Shown: positions 20,878 to 31,702 of the stretch, piece after piece | Layout: every line of letters starts with the position of its first letter | Position numbering within the stretch: the stretch's first letter is position 1 | Source of the DNA: Pseudomonadota bacterium | GTDB lineage: Bacteria; Myxococcota; JACRCW01; JAFGSX01 | Reading direction: 5' to 3' | DNA: 64,000 bases | Assembly (NCBI GenBank): GCA_043821645.1 | Contig: JBDRCO010000113.1 | Location: forward strand, 32,001 to 96,000 | Notes under the pieces: model-generated | The model's input: the letters and a program-made list of their open reading frames with translations, nothing else | Databases searched by the model: none | What the model was told of the DNA's origin: nothing | Program-made: the position numbers and the translations under genes

Positions 20878-22493
20878 TTCGGCTCCCCTGTGGTCTCCGG
20901 ATCCGCCTCCCCGGAGGGCTCAGAGATGACGCCGGCCCAGCCCAGATTCAGGGACTCCACCTGGGTGTCCGTCAGGTGCGGGCCGAGCTCGACGACACGC
21001 TGCCGCAACACCTCGGCCAGCTCCTGCTGCATCTCCACCACCGACCGCTCGCCGACCGCACGCCAGATCCGGGCACAGCGATCCAGGCAGCGCGCACCCA
21101 GGCACGCGCCATGCCCTGCCTCGGTCCGCCGCAACAGATCGGCCAGGTGGTTCACGTGCTCGTGGTCCGCCGCGTGGCGCAGCTCGGCCAGGGTGATCCC
21201 GGCACAGCGGCACACCAGCGTGGCACCCCGGTCCAGGCCCTCGGTCTGCTGCAACAGATCGTGGGTCGCGCTGCCATGGCGCTGCACGAGGCCCTCGATG
21301 GTATCGGCAGCCACCGGGTATTGCTCGACCCAGCGCTCCTCGTCGCACCGCCCGCGACCTCCAGGCAATGGCGACACCTGGGTCGTGCAGGCCCTCGCCT
21401 GGGGGAACCCGGCCGCGATGCGATCCACCACGCGCTGGGCAACCCAGCGCTGCTCGAGCGCAAGACCACCGACGACACTGAGCATCCCAGCACAGCCATG
21501 GTCCGCGTGGTCGACGATGCGGGGCGCGCGCGCTGCAGCTGGCCGCAGGTCCTCGGTCTTGCCCAGCCTGGCCTGCGCCGCGACGCGAAGGCTGATCACG
21601 GGTGCCTCGCGTGCGGCAGGTATCCACCGGCTCGCCGCGTGGCGGAGCTGCCGCATCTCGTCAGGTGTGACCGGCGCGTGCAGGCCGGCACTGCGCGCGA
21701 CCTGCGCCAGTGGACCCAGCCAGCTCGCGCGTGGGGTGGGAAGCAGGCGCAGGCCACCTCCCAGATCGACGGCGCAGTGGCTCAGACGACGGTCCAGGCA
21801 CGCGAAGATCCTGGGCACGACCCGCAGGGGCAGTCGGTGGCCGAGCTGTTCCGCGAGCAACTGGAGCCCGGCCCCCGTGGCATTGACCACAACGCTGGCG
21901 CGGAGAGCTTCGGTACGGCCCGTGCGCTGCTCGACAGCGACGAGGCCGACGACACGCGCGCCTTCACGAATCACATCTGTGGCGCGCCAGCCCACACAGA
22001 GGCGGGCGCCATGGTCCTCGGCATCGCGGGCATTGAGGACAGCCAGACGCTGTGGCAGCACGCTCCAGCTGGCGGTGACCAGCACCCCACCGCCGACCGT
22101 CAGGGCGGGTTCCAGCAGCGTGCGTGTCGATGCGTCGACGACACGCCAGGGCTCGTGGGCCGTGCCGCTCTCCAGCACCTGGGAGGCAGTCGCGCATCGC
22201 GCGGCACCCAGCAATCCGCCGTTGACCTCGGCGAGCCACAGCAGGTGACGCCTCTGGACCAGGGTCCCACCGATCGTGCGCAGCGCCTCGAGCTCACGCT
22301 GGAGGCGGCGGCGCCTGGGCCTCTCGCAGCCCAGGGGACCACCGTCGAGGAGTTCGGGCACCTGACCACTTGCGCCGGCACCCAGATCCTTGTGCTCGAC
22401 GAGGACGGTGTGAAGTCCGCGCAGCGCCGCGTCGCGGGCGATGGCCGTGCCTGTCAGCCCACCCCCGACGATGATGACATCCAGCTCCGGCAC
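20874..22493 (-). CDS. glpA: Glycerol-3-phosphate dehydrogenase subunit A-like FAD protein with C-terminal BFD-like [2Fe-2S] domain (divergent)
   Basis: DVIIVGGGLTGTAIARDAALRGL, VVNATG, and C-terminal VCRC...RRT.AG.G.C.G.RC. Confidence 0.72.
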   Translation of the reverse strand: MPELDVIIVGGGLTGTAIARDAALRGLHTVLVEHKDLGAGASGQVPELLDGGPLGCERPRRRRLQRELEALRTIGGTLVQRRHLLWLAEVNGGLLGAARCATASQVLESGTAHEPWRVVDASTRTLLEPALTVGGGVLVTASWSVLPQRLAVLNARDAEDHGARLCVGWRATDVIREGARVVGLVAVEQRTGRTEALRASVVVNATGAGLQLLAEQLGHRLPLRVVPRIFACLDRRLSHCAVDLGGGLRLLPTPRASWLGPLAQVARSAGLHAPVTPDEMRQLRHAASRWIPAAREAPVISLRVAAQARLGKTEDLRPAAARAPRIVDHADHGCAGMLSVVGGLALEQRWVAQRVVDRIAAGFPQARACTTQVSPLPGGRGRCDEERWVEQYPVAADTIEGLVQRHGSATHDLLQQTEGLDRGATLVCRCAGITLAELRHAADHEHVNHLADLLRRTEAGHGACLGARCLDRCARIWRAVGERSVVEMQQELAEVLRQRVVELGPHLTDTQVESLNLGWAGVISEPSGEADPETTGEPK

Positions 22494-22512
22494 TCCGGCC
22501 CCCGCGTCGCTG

Positions 22513-24321
<1,809 letters not shown>

Positions 24322-24378
24322 GAGCGTTCTCCGTCGAGAAGAGAAGGCGAGCACGCTAGCAGCGTGGCCTCTGGCGGG

Positions 24379-25719
24379 TCAAGATGACGCTCCTCGCCGT
24401 CGGGACGGAGCGTCGCGAAAGGCGCTGGGACGCAGGTCCCAGGGCAGCAGACGGAGCACGATGGGCAGCAGCAAGGCCCCGCCGGGGAGTGCAAACAGGG
24501 CCAAGGACGGGACCGCGCGGACGATATCCAGCAACTGCTCCCGCACGCGGGCGCGCTCGCTGTCGTCCAGGCTGTGCCCGCCAGCAGCCCGGGTCAGCAA
24601 GGTCGCAAGCTCCCCGGTCTGGCGGATCTCCGTGACCAGGGCGTCGAGGTTGCGCTGAACCAGGCCCACCACTCGCTTCTGAACCAGGCCACCAAGCCGG
24701 CCGTAATACTGCGTCTCGGTGAACAGATCGAACAGGTCGCGGTGCGCTTCAACGAAGCGCCGCACGCGGACCTCGATACGGCGGAGCTGCAGATCCGGGA
24801 CCTCGAGCTGGGCGGCCAGCTGATCGACGAAGCGACGCTCGTCACGATCGATGTGGCCATCGATGACCGCGGCCAGGAGCACCTGTTCGAGCAGGTAGCC
24901 CACGGAGCGTCGACCCTCGACCATGTCCGCGACCTGTGATGCCGTCAGAGGCTGCTCGAGCAAGCGCTTCAACGCGCGCACCTGGCCACGTGAGAAACCG
25001 CAGCCACCGAGCTGACCGGCAGCCATGCGCCTGGCTTCGGGAGGCAGTCCCTGCCCTCCCGCCACCAGGGCACCCAGGGAGGCCACCAGCATGTAGCGTT
25101 CGCGCTGAAAGAAAGCCCTCAGCTTGCTCAACACCTCGAGATCGACACCGCCACTTGCAGCCACCGCCAGCGTGATGCGCCCGACCAGGCGCGCGTCGCT
25201 GTAAAGCAAGCCGTTGCGCAGGGGCAAGCCGAGCAGAGGGTTGCCCACGGCGTACTGGCGCGCTGCCAGCATACTCTCGAGGGTGGAGCGGATGCGGGTG
25301 AGCTGGCGCCGCGTCAAGGAATGTCCCTGGCAAACCTGGAACAGCTGCACGGCCATCGCGTCCTGCTCGACCAGCAGTGCCAGGCAGCACAGCAACCAGG
25401 CCTCAACCTGCTCGGTGCGCACGCGACTGGACGAGACAGCCTCGATCTCGATGATGAGGTCGCACCAGATCGCCAGGAAGGGCTCGAAGGCTTCTTTCCA
25501 GGCTCCGGACTCCACCGCGTTGAGGAGTTCAGGGCGGGCCAGGGGCAGCCCGTAGGCCACGCCACGGCGATGCAGGCTCCAGAAGATCCAGCGCTTGGCA
25601 GCCCCCTTGCGGTCCGTCGTCCAGGGTCGCAGGATGCGCCCTACCCTCCACTCGACGGCGGCAACGTCGTGCGCACCAACATAGCGCTGGAGGAATCTCT
25701 CGAGCCATCCGCGCTGCAT
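24379..25719 (-). CDS. TerB-like / LETM1-like domain protein
   Basis: AAVIDGHIDRDERRFVDQLAAQL (TerB-like) and C-terminal VPSLALFALPGGALLLPI...PSAF (LETM1-like). Confidence 0.65.
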   Translation of the reverse strand: MQRGWLERFLQRYVGAHDVAAVEWRVGRILRPWTTDRKGAAKRWIFWSLHRRGVAYGLPLARPELLNAVESGAWKEAFEPFLAIWCDLIIEIEAVSSSRVRTEQVEAWLLCCLALLVEQDAMAVQLFQVCQGHSLTRRQLTRIRSTLESMLAARQYAVGNPLLGLPLRNGLLYSDARLVGRITLAVAASGGVDLEVLSKLRAFFQRERYMLVASLGALVAGGQGLPPEARRMAAGQLGGCGFSRGQVRALKRLLEQPLTASQVADMVEGRRSVGYLLEQVLLAAVIDGHIDRDERRFVDQLAAQLEVPDLQLRRIEVRVRRFVEAHRDLFDLFTETQYYGRLGGLVQKRVVGLVQRNLDALVTEIRQTGELATLLTRAAGGHSLDDSERARVREQLLDIVRAVPSLALFALPGGALLLPIVLRLLPWDLRPSAFRDAPSRRRGASS

Positions 25720-25943
25720 CGTCGAGCGCCTCGCTTAAGGGAACCGGTCGTGCCACCCGCAGCCCGTCGAACAGGGTCCCGGCGACAGAGACCGCAGGAA
25801 GCAGGGCTCGGCGCGGTGGCACGCCCACGTCGAGCGGCCACCTCCGAACCTCGCGACCATAGCGCAGCCGGTCAAAGTCGGCGAGTCACATCGCAGCCCA
25901 GCAGGTGCTTGACCAGCCACGAGGCAGGGCGAAAGATGACGCG

Positions 25944-27779
25944 ATGACAGGACGGTCACTCGTCATGCGCCTGGCGCTGACCGCGGGAGCGGTGATCCTG
26001 CTCCTGCTGGTGCTGGCTGCCATCGTGCTGTGGCCCCTGCAGCGGCGCGCCGTGGAACCCATGGTGCGGGCGCACCTCCGGACCCTGACCGACAGAGTTG
26101 CGGCAAGCTACGACAGCTTCGACGAGGCCTCCCGTCTGCACCCCGTGGGCGACCTTCTCCTCGACGTGACCAGGCTGGACTTCGTGGTCGGTGCTCTGAT
26201 CCAGACTGCCAGCGGCACCGCGTCGCACCGCAGCGGCGAGATCCCTGCCGAGGGGAAGCGCTGGATCCATCTGCAACGTCCCTTGCCTCGCCGCGCCGGC
26301 TGCGCCCGTTGCCACCGCGAGCCCATCGAGTCGCTGGGCAGTGTGTTGCTGGTCGGGGACCTGGAGCGCGCCGCGGCACCCGTGCTCGACGCGCACCGGG
26401 TCTCGATGCTGGTCCTCGCCTTCGTGGTCCTGGGCGCGCTGCTCATCGTGGCCGTGGCGGCGCGACGTCTGATCACGCGACCGCTGTTACAGCTGGTTGA
26501 CACCATGAGCCGGGCCAAGGAGGGCGACTTCCTGGTGCGAGCCCCGACCGATCGTGACGACGAGATCGGGCACGTCGCCCGGACCTTCAACACCATGCTC
26601 GCCGCGATCACCGATCTGCAAGCCTCGCGCATCGAGCAGGCCCAGGACCTGGCCGTCGCCCAGCATGAACTCGCACTTCGCCAGCAGCTCGAGGAACGCA
26701 ATCGGGTCATCGCCGAGACCAACGCCAGCCTGCAGCGCAAGGTGGACGAGCTGACCCTGCTCACGGATCTGACCCGGGCCGTGACCTCGACCCTGGAGCT
26801 GAAAGCCGTACTAGATGAGGTGTGCCGGCGCGCCGGGACCTTCATGGGTGTCGACGAGGCCGTGGCATTGCTCAACGAAGATCAGCGGCAACGCGTGCGC
26901 GTGATCTCGATGCACGGGGTCCCTGCCTCGGTGGACCTGCGGGACCTGACCTTCAAGCACGGCGACGGAATCACCGGCCGTGTGGCTCTCTCCGGACGCA
27001 CCATCCTGGTCAGGGATACCACCGCGGACCCGCGCTACTTGCACTACAAGGGGCAGCGTCCCGTCGACGGGTCCTTCCTCTCCGTGCCCATGCTGGCCAA
27101 GGGCCGGGTGCTCGGAGTGCTCGACTTCTTCCGGGCTCAGGTCGACGCCTTTGATGAACGATCCATCACCTTGCTCACCGCGGTGGCCGGCCAGGCCGCC
27201 CTCGCGGTGGAAAACGCTCGGCTGTACCAGATGCAGACTGAGCTGGCCCTGACCGATGCCCTGACCAGCCTGCACAACAGGCGGGCGCTGGATCAGCGCC
27301 TCGAAGACGAGGTGCACCGCGCGTCGCGCTTTGGCAATGCCCTGTCCGCCCTGATGATCGACGTCGATCACTTCAAGGATTTCAATGACCAGCACGGGCA
27401 TCTGGTGGGTGACCTCGTGCTGCGCCAGGTGGCGCGCGTGCTGCGACGGCAAGTGCGGAAGGTCGACACCATTGCGCGCTTCGGCGGCGAGGAATTCTGC
27501 GTGCTGCTGGTGCGGACCCCGCTGGCTGATGCCCTCGACGTGGCCGAGAAGCTTCGCCAGACCGTCGCCGACAGGCGTTTCTCCAGGCTTCGCCGGGACG
27601 CCAAGCTCCAGGTCACGGTCAGCATTGGTGTGGCCGAACTCGGCGCCGAGATGAGAGGCCCCCAGGAACTCCTGGATGCGGCCGACGGCGCGCTCTATGA
27701 CGCCAAGCACGGCGGACGCAACCGCGTCTGCGTGTGGCAGGGTGCGGCCGGTGCCTCGACGACGATTCCCCAGAAGTGA
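25944..27779 (+). CDS. Membrane diguanylate cyclase (periplasmic CxxCH sensor-HAMP-GAF-GGDEF)
   Basis: CARCH between two TM segments, HAMP (DDEIG), GAF (SFLSVPM...AVENARLY), DVDHFK..ND..GH, RKVD I-site, GGEEF. Confidence 0.93.
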   Translation: MTGRSLVMRLALTAGAVILLLLVLAAIVLWPLQRRAVEPMVRAHLRTLTDRVAASYDSFDEASRLHPVGDLLLDVTRLDFVVGALIQTASGTASHRSGEIPAEGKRWIHLQRPLPRRAGCARCHREPIESLGSVLLVGDLERAAAPVLDAHRVSMLVLAFVVLGALLIVAVAARRLITRPLLQLVDTMSRAKEGDFLVRAPTDRDDEIGHVARTFNTMLAAITDLQASRIEQAQDLAVAQHELALRQQLEERNRVIAETNASLQRKVDELTLLTDLTRAVTSTLELKAVLDEVCRRAGTFMGVDEAVALLNEDQRQRVRVISMHGVPASVDLRDLTFKHGDGITGRVALSGRTILVRDTTADPRYLHYKGQRPVDGSFLSVPMLAKGRVLGVLDFFRAQVDAFDERSITLLTAVAGQAALAVENARLYQMQTELALTDALTSLHNRRALDQRLEDEVHRASRFGNALSALMIDVDHFKDFNDQHGHLVGDLVLRQVARVLRRQVRKVDTIARFGGEEFCVLLVRTPLADALDVAEKLRQTVADRRFSRLRRDAKLQVTVSIGVAELGAEMRGPQELLDAADGALYDAKHGGRNRVCVWQGAAGASTTIPQK

Positions 27780-27787
27780 CGGGATGC

Positions 27788-28756
27788 TCAGGATGTGGTG
27801 GCCGCGTCCGTCCCGCGACGGAAGGAGTCCGGCACACACAGAACCTGCTGACTCCTGAGCACGCGGACCGCCTGTCCGCAGTTGCTCCCGATCTGGTCCT
27901 CGCGAGGGTCTCCGACGCTGAGGATCACGTCAAAGCCGCCCGCCCGCAGGCGCTGCACCGCCACATCGACCTGGTCCCGTGCCCCAGCTCGCAGCACCGT
28001 GTGCAGCGCATGCGCATCGCCGCGGGCCGTCGGGTTGAGCGGTGTGAGCTTGATCGTGAAGAGGAGGGGATCGAAGCGGCACAGCAGGACCGCGGGATCG
28101 AAGGGCACACCCTCGGCGAGGGCAAAGTTGAGCACGACGCGACGATCCCCCGCCACGACGAAGCGCTCGCCGTAGTCCGCGATGGCGTCGGGACCCCAGT
28201 GCGGCACCGGGATGAGTTGACGTCGCAGCGCGTCATCGGTGGTGTTGAGCGAGAACTGGAGCTGGAAACGCCCGCGGTACAACGCCCGCTTGACGTCGAG
28301 AAGTGCATCGAAGAAGCGCTCCTGCCCTCGCGGAGCCACGGTCGCCAGGCAGGCCCACAGGCCCGGGCTTTGCACCACCTGCGGCAGCTGCCACAGGGCC
28401 TCGATGACGGCGTCGTTGTAGGCCGGCTCCCCCATGCGCGCGAAGTGGATTTTGAGCTTGCGACAGCTCGCCGCCTGGTCCGGGTGCTGCGACAGCACCC
28501 AGCGCACCTGGGCCAGCAGCTCGGCTGCACTGAGGTGACCCTGAAAGTCGCCACCCGCGTCGCAGTAAGGGCAGCCGACGGGGCAGCCGATCTGGGTCGA
28601 GATGTTGACGATCCACTTGTCGAGCCGAGGCCGTGGCGGATCGAGTCCATCCACCATCTCGACGAGCAGGCGCGGGTCCTGGCGTAACCTGGCCACATGC
28701 ACCACCGCGACCTCGGGCATCCCGTGGCTGCCCACCACCTCGAGGAGCTCACTCAT
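27788..28756 (-). CDS. RlmN/Cfr-like radical SAM protein (non-canonical)
   Basis: STQIGCPVGCPYC (CxxxCxxC), RMGEP, QFSL, PLNPT, GSNCGQ; shorter than RlmN. Confidence 0.85.
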   Translation of the reverse strand: MSELLEVVGSHGMPEVAVVHVARLRQDPRLLVEMVDGLDPPRPRLDKWIVNISTQIGCPVGCPYCDAGGDFQGHLSAAELLAQVRWVLSQHPDQAASCRKLKIHFARMGEPAYNDAVIEALWQLPQVVQSPGLWACLATVAPRGQERFFDALLDVKRALYRGRFQLQFSLNTTDDALRRQLIPVPHWGPDAIADYGERFVVAGDRRVVLNFALAEGVPFDPAVLLCRFDPLLFTIKLTPLNPTARGDAHALHTVLRAGARDQVDVAVQRLRAGGFDVILSVGDPREDQIGSNCGQAVRVLRSQQVLCVPDSFRRGTDAATTS

Positions 28757-29667
28757 GCGCGCCCACCTCCTCCGATCCGTGTCGCAAGATAACCGTGTGC
28801 CAGGCAGGCGGCGTGCACACCATCGCCGAGAGCGGGTGCGATGTAGCGCTGGCTGTCCCGGGTCAGGTCACCGGCAAGATACAGCCCAGGCACGGGCTGC
28901 AGACGCTGCAGAGGTCGATCCCCGGGCAGCCCTAGCCCCCGCAGCAGCTGGGTCTCGGGTTCGCGCCCGATGCAGGCGACGACGTGGGCGACTTCGACCT
29001 GTGTGCGGGGCGCGGCCTCCCCACCAAGAATGGCAAGCAGGCCCTCGCGGGTGGGCTCGCAGCGGCGGGCGGTCAGCCCCGGCCAGATCTCGACGCCAGA
29101 CGCCCGTGCTTCATGCAGCAGGGCTGGACGAGCGCGGAATCGGTCCCCTCGCAGCGCGACAGCCACGCGAGCGCCTCGGTCCGCCAGGGACAGCGCCGTA
29201 TCCAGGGCGACCTCGCCACCTCCGAGCACCAGGATCCGCTTGCCTTCCGGGAGATCCAGCAAGGTGCGCAGATCGCGGTGTGCGAGCCCGCGTTCGGTGC
29301 AACGATCCCAGCCCTCGACGTCGACAGTCCGTGGTCGAGTGCCACTGGCCAGCACCACGGCGTGAGCGACGATGGTGCCGTGATCCTGCTCGGCAACGAA
29401 CTCCTGGTCGCGGCGCGTGAGGGAGCGGACACGGCCCGCGATGGACGTGATGCCAGCCTGCCCGAGCTGTGTCTGCAGCCGCTGCCCCAGACCGATGCCA
29501 CTGATACGAGGCAAGCCCGGAAGGTTGTCGATGCGCCTGGCCGCCCGGGCAAGTCCTCCCGCGGGTTCATCCGCGACCAGGGTGATCTCGATTCCGAGGG
29601 CCGCGGCCTGTAGTGCCGCCGCCACGCCCGCGGGTCCCGCGCCGATGACGAGCAGGGCGGTTCGCAT
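28753..29667 (-). CDS. Thioredoxin-reductase-fold NAD(P)/FAD oxidoreductase
   Basis: IGAGPAG, GG...IDNLPG, LASG, VLGGGEVALD, PGLYLAGD...ALGDG; no CxxC. Start ATG 29667 overlaps the upstream stop. Confidence 0.85.
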   Translation of the reverse strand: MRTALLVIGAGPAGVAAALQAAALGIEITLVADEPAGGLARAARRIDNLPGLPRISGIGLGQRLQTQLGQAGITSIAGRVRSLTRRDQEFVAEQDHGTIVAHAVVLASGTRPRTVDVEGWDRCTERGLAHRDLRTLLDLPEGKRILVLGGGEVALDTALSLADRGARVAVALRGDRFRARPALLHEARASGVEIWPGLTARRCEPTREGLLAILGGEAAPRTQVEVAHVVACIGREPETQLLRGLGLPGDRPLQRLQPVPGLYLAGDLTRDSQRYIAPALGDGVHAACLAHGYLATRIGGGGRA

Positions 29668-30323
29668 CAGTGCTGCCACCCCCAGGCGTCGAGGATCTCG
29701 TCGACGGTGGCGACGTGCGCGTGCCCAGCTGCCAGCGTCTGCAGCGCGGCCAGGTGCTGCTGCGCGCTGCGGGCTGCGGTGGCGTCGATGCTGACCACGG
29801 GGACCAGGCCGACCTGTGAGGCGTCCAGGGCACTGGCGGCGATGCACAGAGGAGTCTGCACGCCCGCGAGCACTAGCGCATCGCAGCCGTCGAGGAGCGC
29901 GGGCAGTTCGGCGGCGCTGAAGATGCTGTGTCGGCACTTGTCGACGACGGGGCCTGTGGACCAGAGATCCTCGAGCGCCGGATCCAGGGCAGCCAGGACC
30001 TCACCCGCGCGAGGCAAGCGGTCGAAGAAGCGCCCCATCAGACCCCCCACGTCGTCGTCGGGATGCACGTGGCGCGTGAAGATCACTGGACACGTGGCCC
30101 TGCGAAAAGCCGCGACCAGAGCCCGCAGCGGCAGGACACAGGCAGGCCAGTCCGGCAGGGCGGCAGGACTCGCGGGGTCGCAAAACAAGCGCTGCAGGTC
30201 CACCACCACGAGCGCGGGCCGATGCAGATCGTCAAAAGTTCGGCGTCCCCGCAGTGGTGCCAGCGCATGCAGGACCCCGGATATCCCGGCGGCGGCATGC
30301 ATCGGACGGACCCCATCCGTCAC
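29667..30323 (-). CDS. Isochorismatase-family cysteine hydrolase
   Basis: Catalytic triad intact: VVDLQ (Asp), VDKCRHSIF (Lys), GVQTPLCI (Cys). Confidence 0.88.
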   Translation of the reverse strand: MTDGVRPMHAAAGISGVLHALAPLRGRRTFDDLHRPALVVVDLQRLFCDPASPAALPDWPACVLPLRALVAAFRRATCPVIFTRHVHPDDDVGGLMGRFFDRLPRAGEVLAALDPALEDLWSTGPVVDKCRHSIFSAAELPALLDGCDALVLAGVQTPLCIAASALDASQVGLVPVVSIDATAARSAQQHLAALQTLAAGHAHVATVDEILDAWGWQH

Positions 30324-31417
30324 CGCACACCTCCTGTGGTCGTGGGGACGCGAATGCTCCGGCCGTCGACGGCACGCAAGGTCCAGGCATCCTCATCGCG
30401 CGCGATCACACGTCCGGGGTGCAGGCGCACCTTGCCTCCGGCCTCGGGGAGGTCGACCACCAGATCGGGCAAGGCCAACCCAGATACGCGGTCACGCAGT
30501 GTCTCGATGAGCGCCATGGCGCGCTCGAGCGGCACCCGGACATGTGCGCTGCCGCTCACCAGATCACACTGGTGCAGGTAATAGGGGACCACGCGCTGCT
30601 GCAACAGGGCTCTAAAAAGGTTCTCAAGGACCTGGGCGTCGTCGTTGATCCCGCGCAGCAGCACGGTCTGGCTCAGTACAGGCACTCCGGCGTTCACCAA
30701 TCGACCCAGAGCGCCCGCCACCTCCGCATCCAGTTCCACAGCATGGTTGATATGCACGAGCACAAACAGAGGCTGCGCCCGCCTGAGCACACCGACCAGA
30801 CGCGCCGTGATACGCCTCGGCACGAACACCGGCAGCCGCGTGCCGAGCCGGATCACCTCGACGTGACGCAGGGTCCGCAGCTCTCGCAGCAGCAGCTCGA
30901 GACGACGGTCGTCGAGCATGAGCGGATCGCCCCCGGACAGGATGACCTCCCGGATCTCATCGTGGGCATGCAGGTACTCGAGGGCCGCATCGAGACGGGG
31001 TGGCGGCGTACCCGCCAGCCGCGCACGCGTGCAGAAACGGCAATAGGCCGCACACGTGCCGGTGACGAGGAGCAGGGCCCGATCAGGATAGCGGTGCACC
31101 AGCCCGGGCACGGGCATGTGCTGCAGCTCGGCCAGGGGATCCCCGTGCTCCCCTTCTGCCACCGCGAGTTCCGCCATGCGCGGGATGAGCTGCCGGCGCA
31201 GGGGATGGTCGCGATCGGCCCGGGGCAGGTGGCGCAGCACATGGGGGGTCAGCGCCAGCGCGCGGGCTCCATGCAAGCTCCGTATCGCCGCGCGCTCGTC
31301 ATCATCGAGATCGAGGTGCCGCTCCAGACCCGCCAGGTCGGTGACCACGCGGGCGAGTTCCCGCTGCCAGGGGGACGGAGGGGTGCGGCGATGACTCCGG
31401 CGAAGGGCGCTGTGCAC
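30320..31417 (-). CDS. KamA-family radical SAM aminomutase (lysine 2,3-aminomutase-like)
   Basis: DPLAE, GLVHRYPDR, CAAYCRFCTR, SGGDPL, QTVLLRGIND, YYLHQCD, VDLPEAGGK (PLP Lys). Confidence 0.92.
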   Translation of the reverse strand: MHSALRRSHRRTPPSPWQRELARVVTDLAGLERHLDLDDDERAAIRSLHGARALALTPHVLRHLPRADRDHPLRRQLIPRMAELAVAEGEHGDPLAELQHMPVPGLVHRYPDRALLLVTGTCAAYCRFCTRARLAGTPPPRLDAALEYLHAHDEIREVILSGGDPLMLDDRRLELLLRELRTLRHVEVIRLGTRLPVFVPRRITARLVGVLRRAQPLFVLVHINHAVELDAEVAGALGRLVNAGVPVLSQTVLLRGINDDAQVLENLFRALLQQRVVPYYLHQCDLVSGSAHVRVPLERAMALIETLRDRVSGLALPDLVVDLPEAGGKVRLHPGRVIARDEDAWTLRAVDGRSIRVPTTTGGVR

Positions 31418-31702
31418 GTTGAGCCTCGCGCGGGGCCTGAGGCCCCATCGACAGCCCCCTGAAGACGGCGATGCCCCGGCAGCAGAGACCAGCCGGGTAG
31501 CGCCATGTTCGAATCACCCGCCGGAACCCTCGATTTTCCTGCGCGGGACGCGGCTGTACCATCAATCCTCGCGCAGAGGAACAGCTTATGCCCGGGCGGG
31601 GAGAGACCTCCACCTTCGAATGGGAGAGCGGTGTGGGAACGCGCACTGCGATGAGGACGCGGAGCTCGGGTCAGCGGAGAGAAGCGGCGATTCGCGGTTG
31701 GC

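Noticed and set aside
30320-31417. Calling the KamA-family gene epmB or ablA
   Set aside because: No efp, epmA or ablB is adjacent, so I left the symbol blank.
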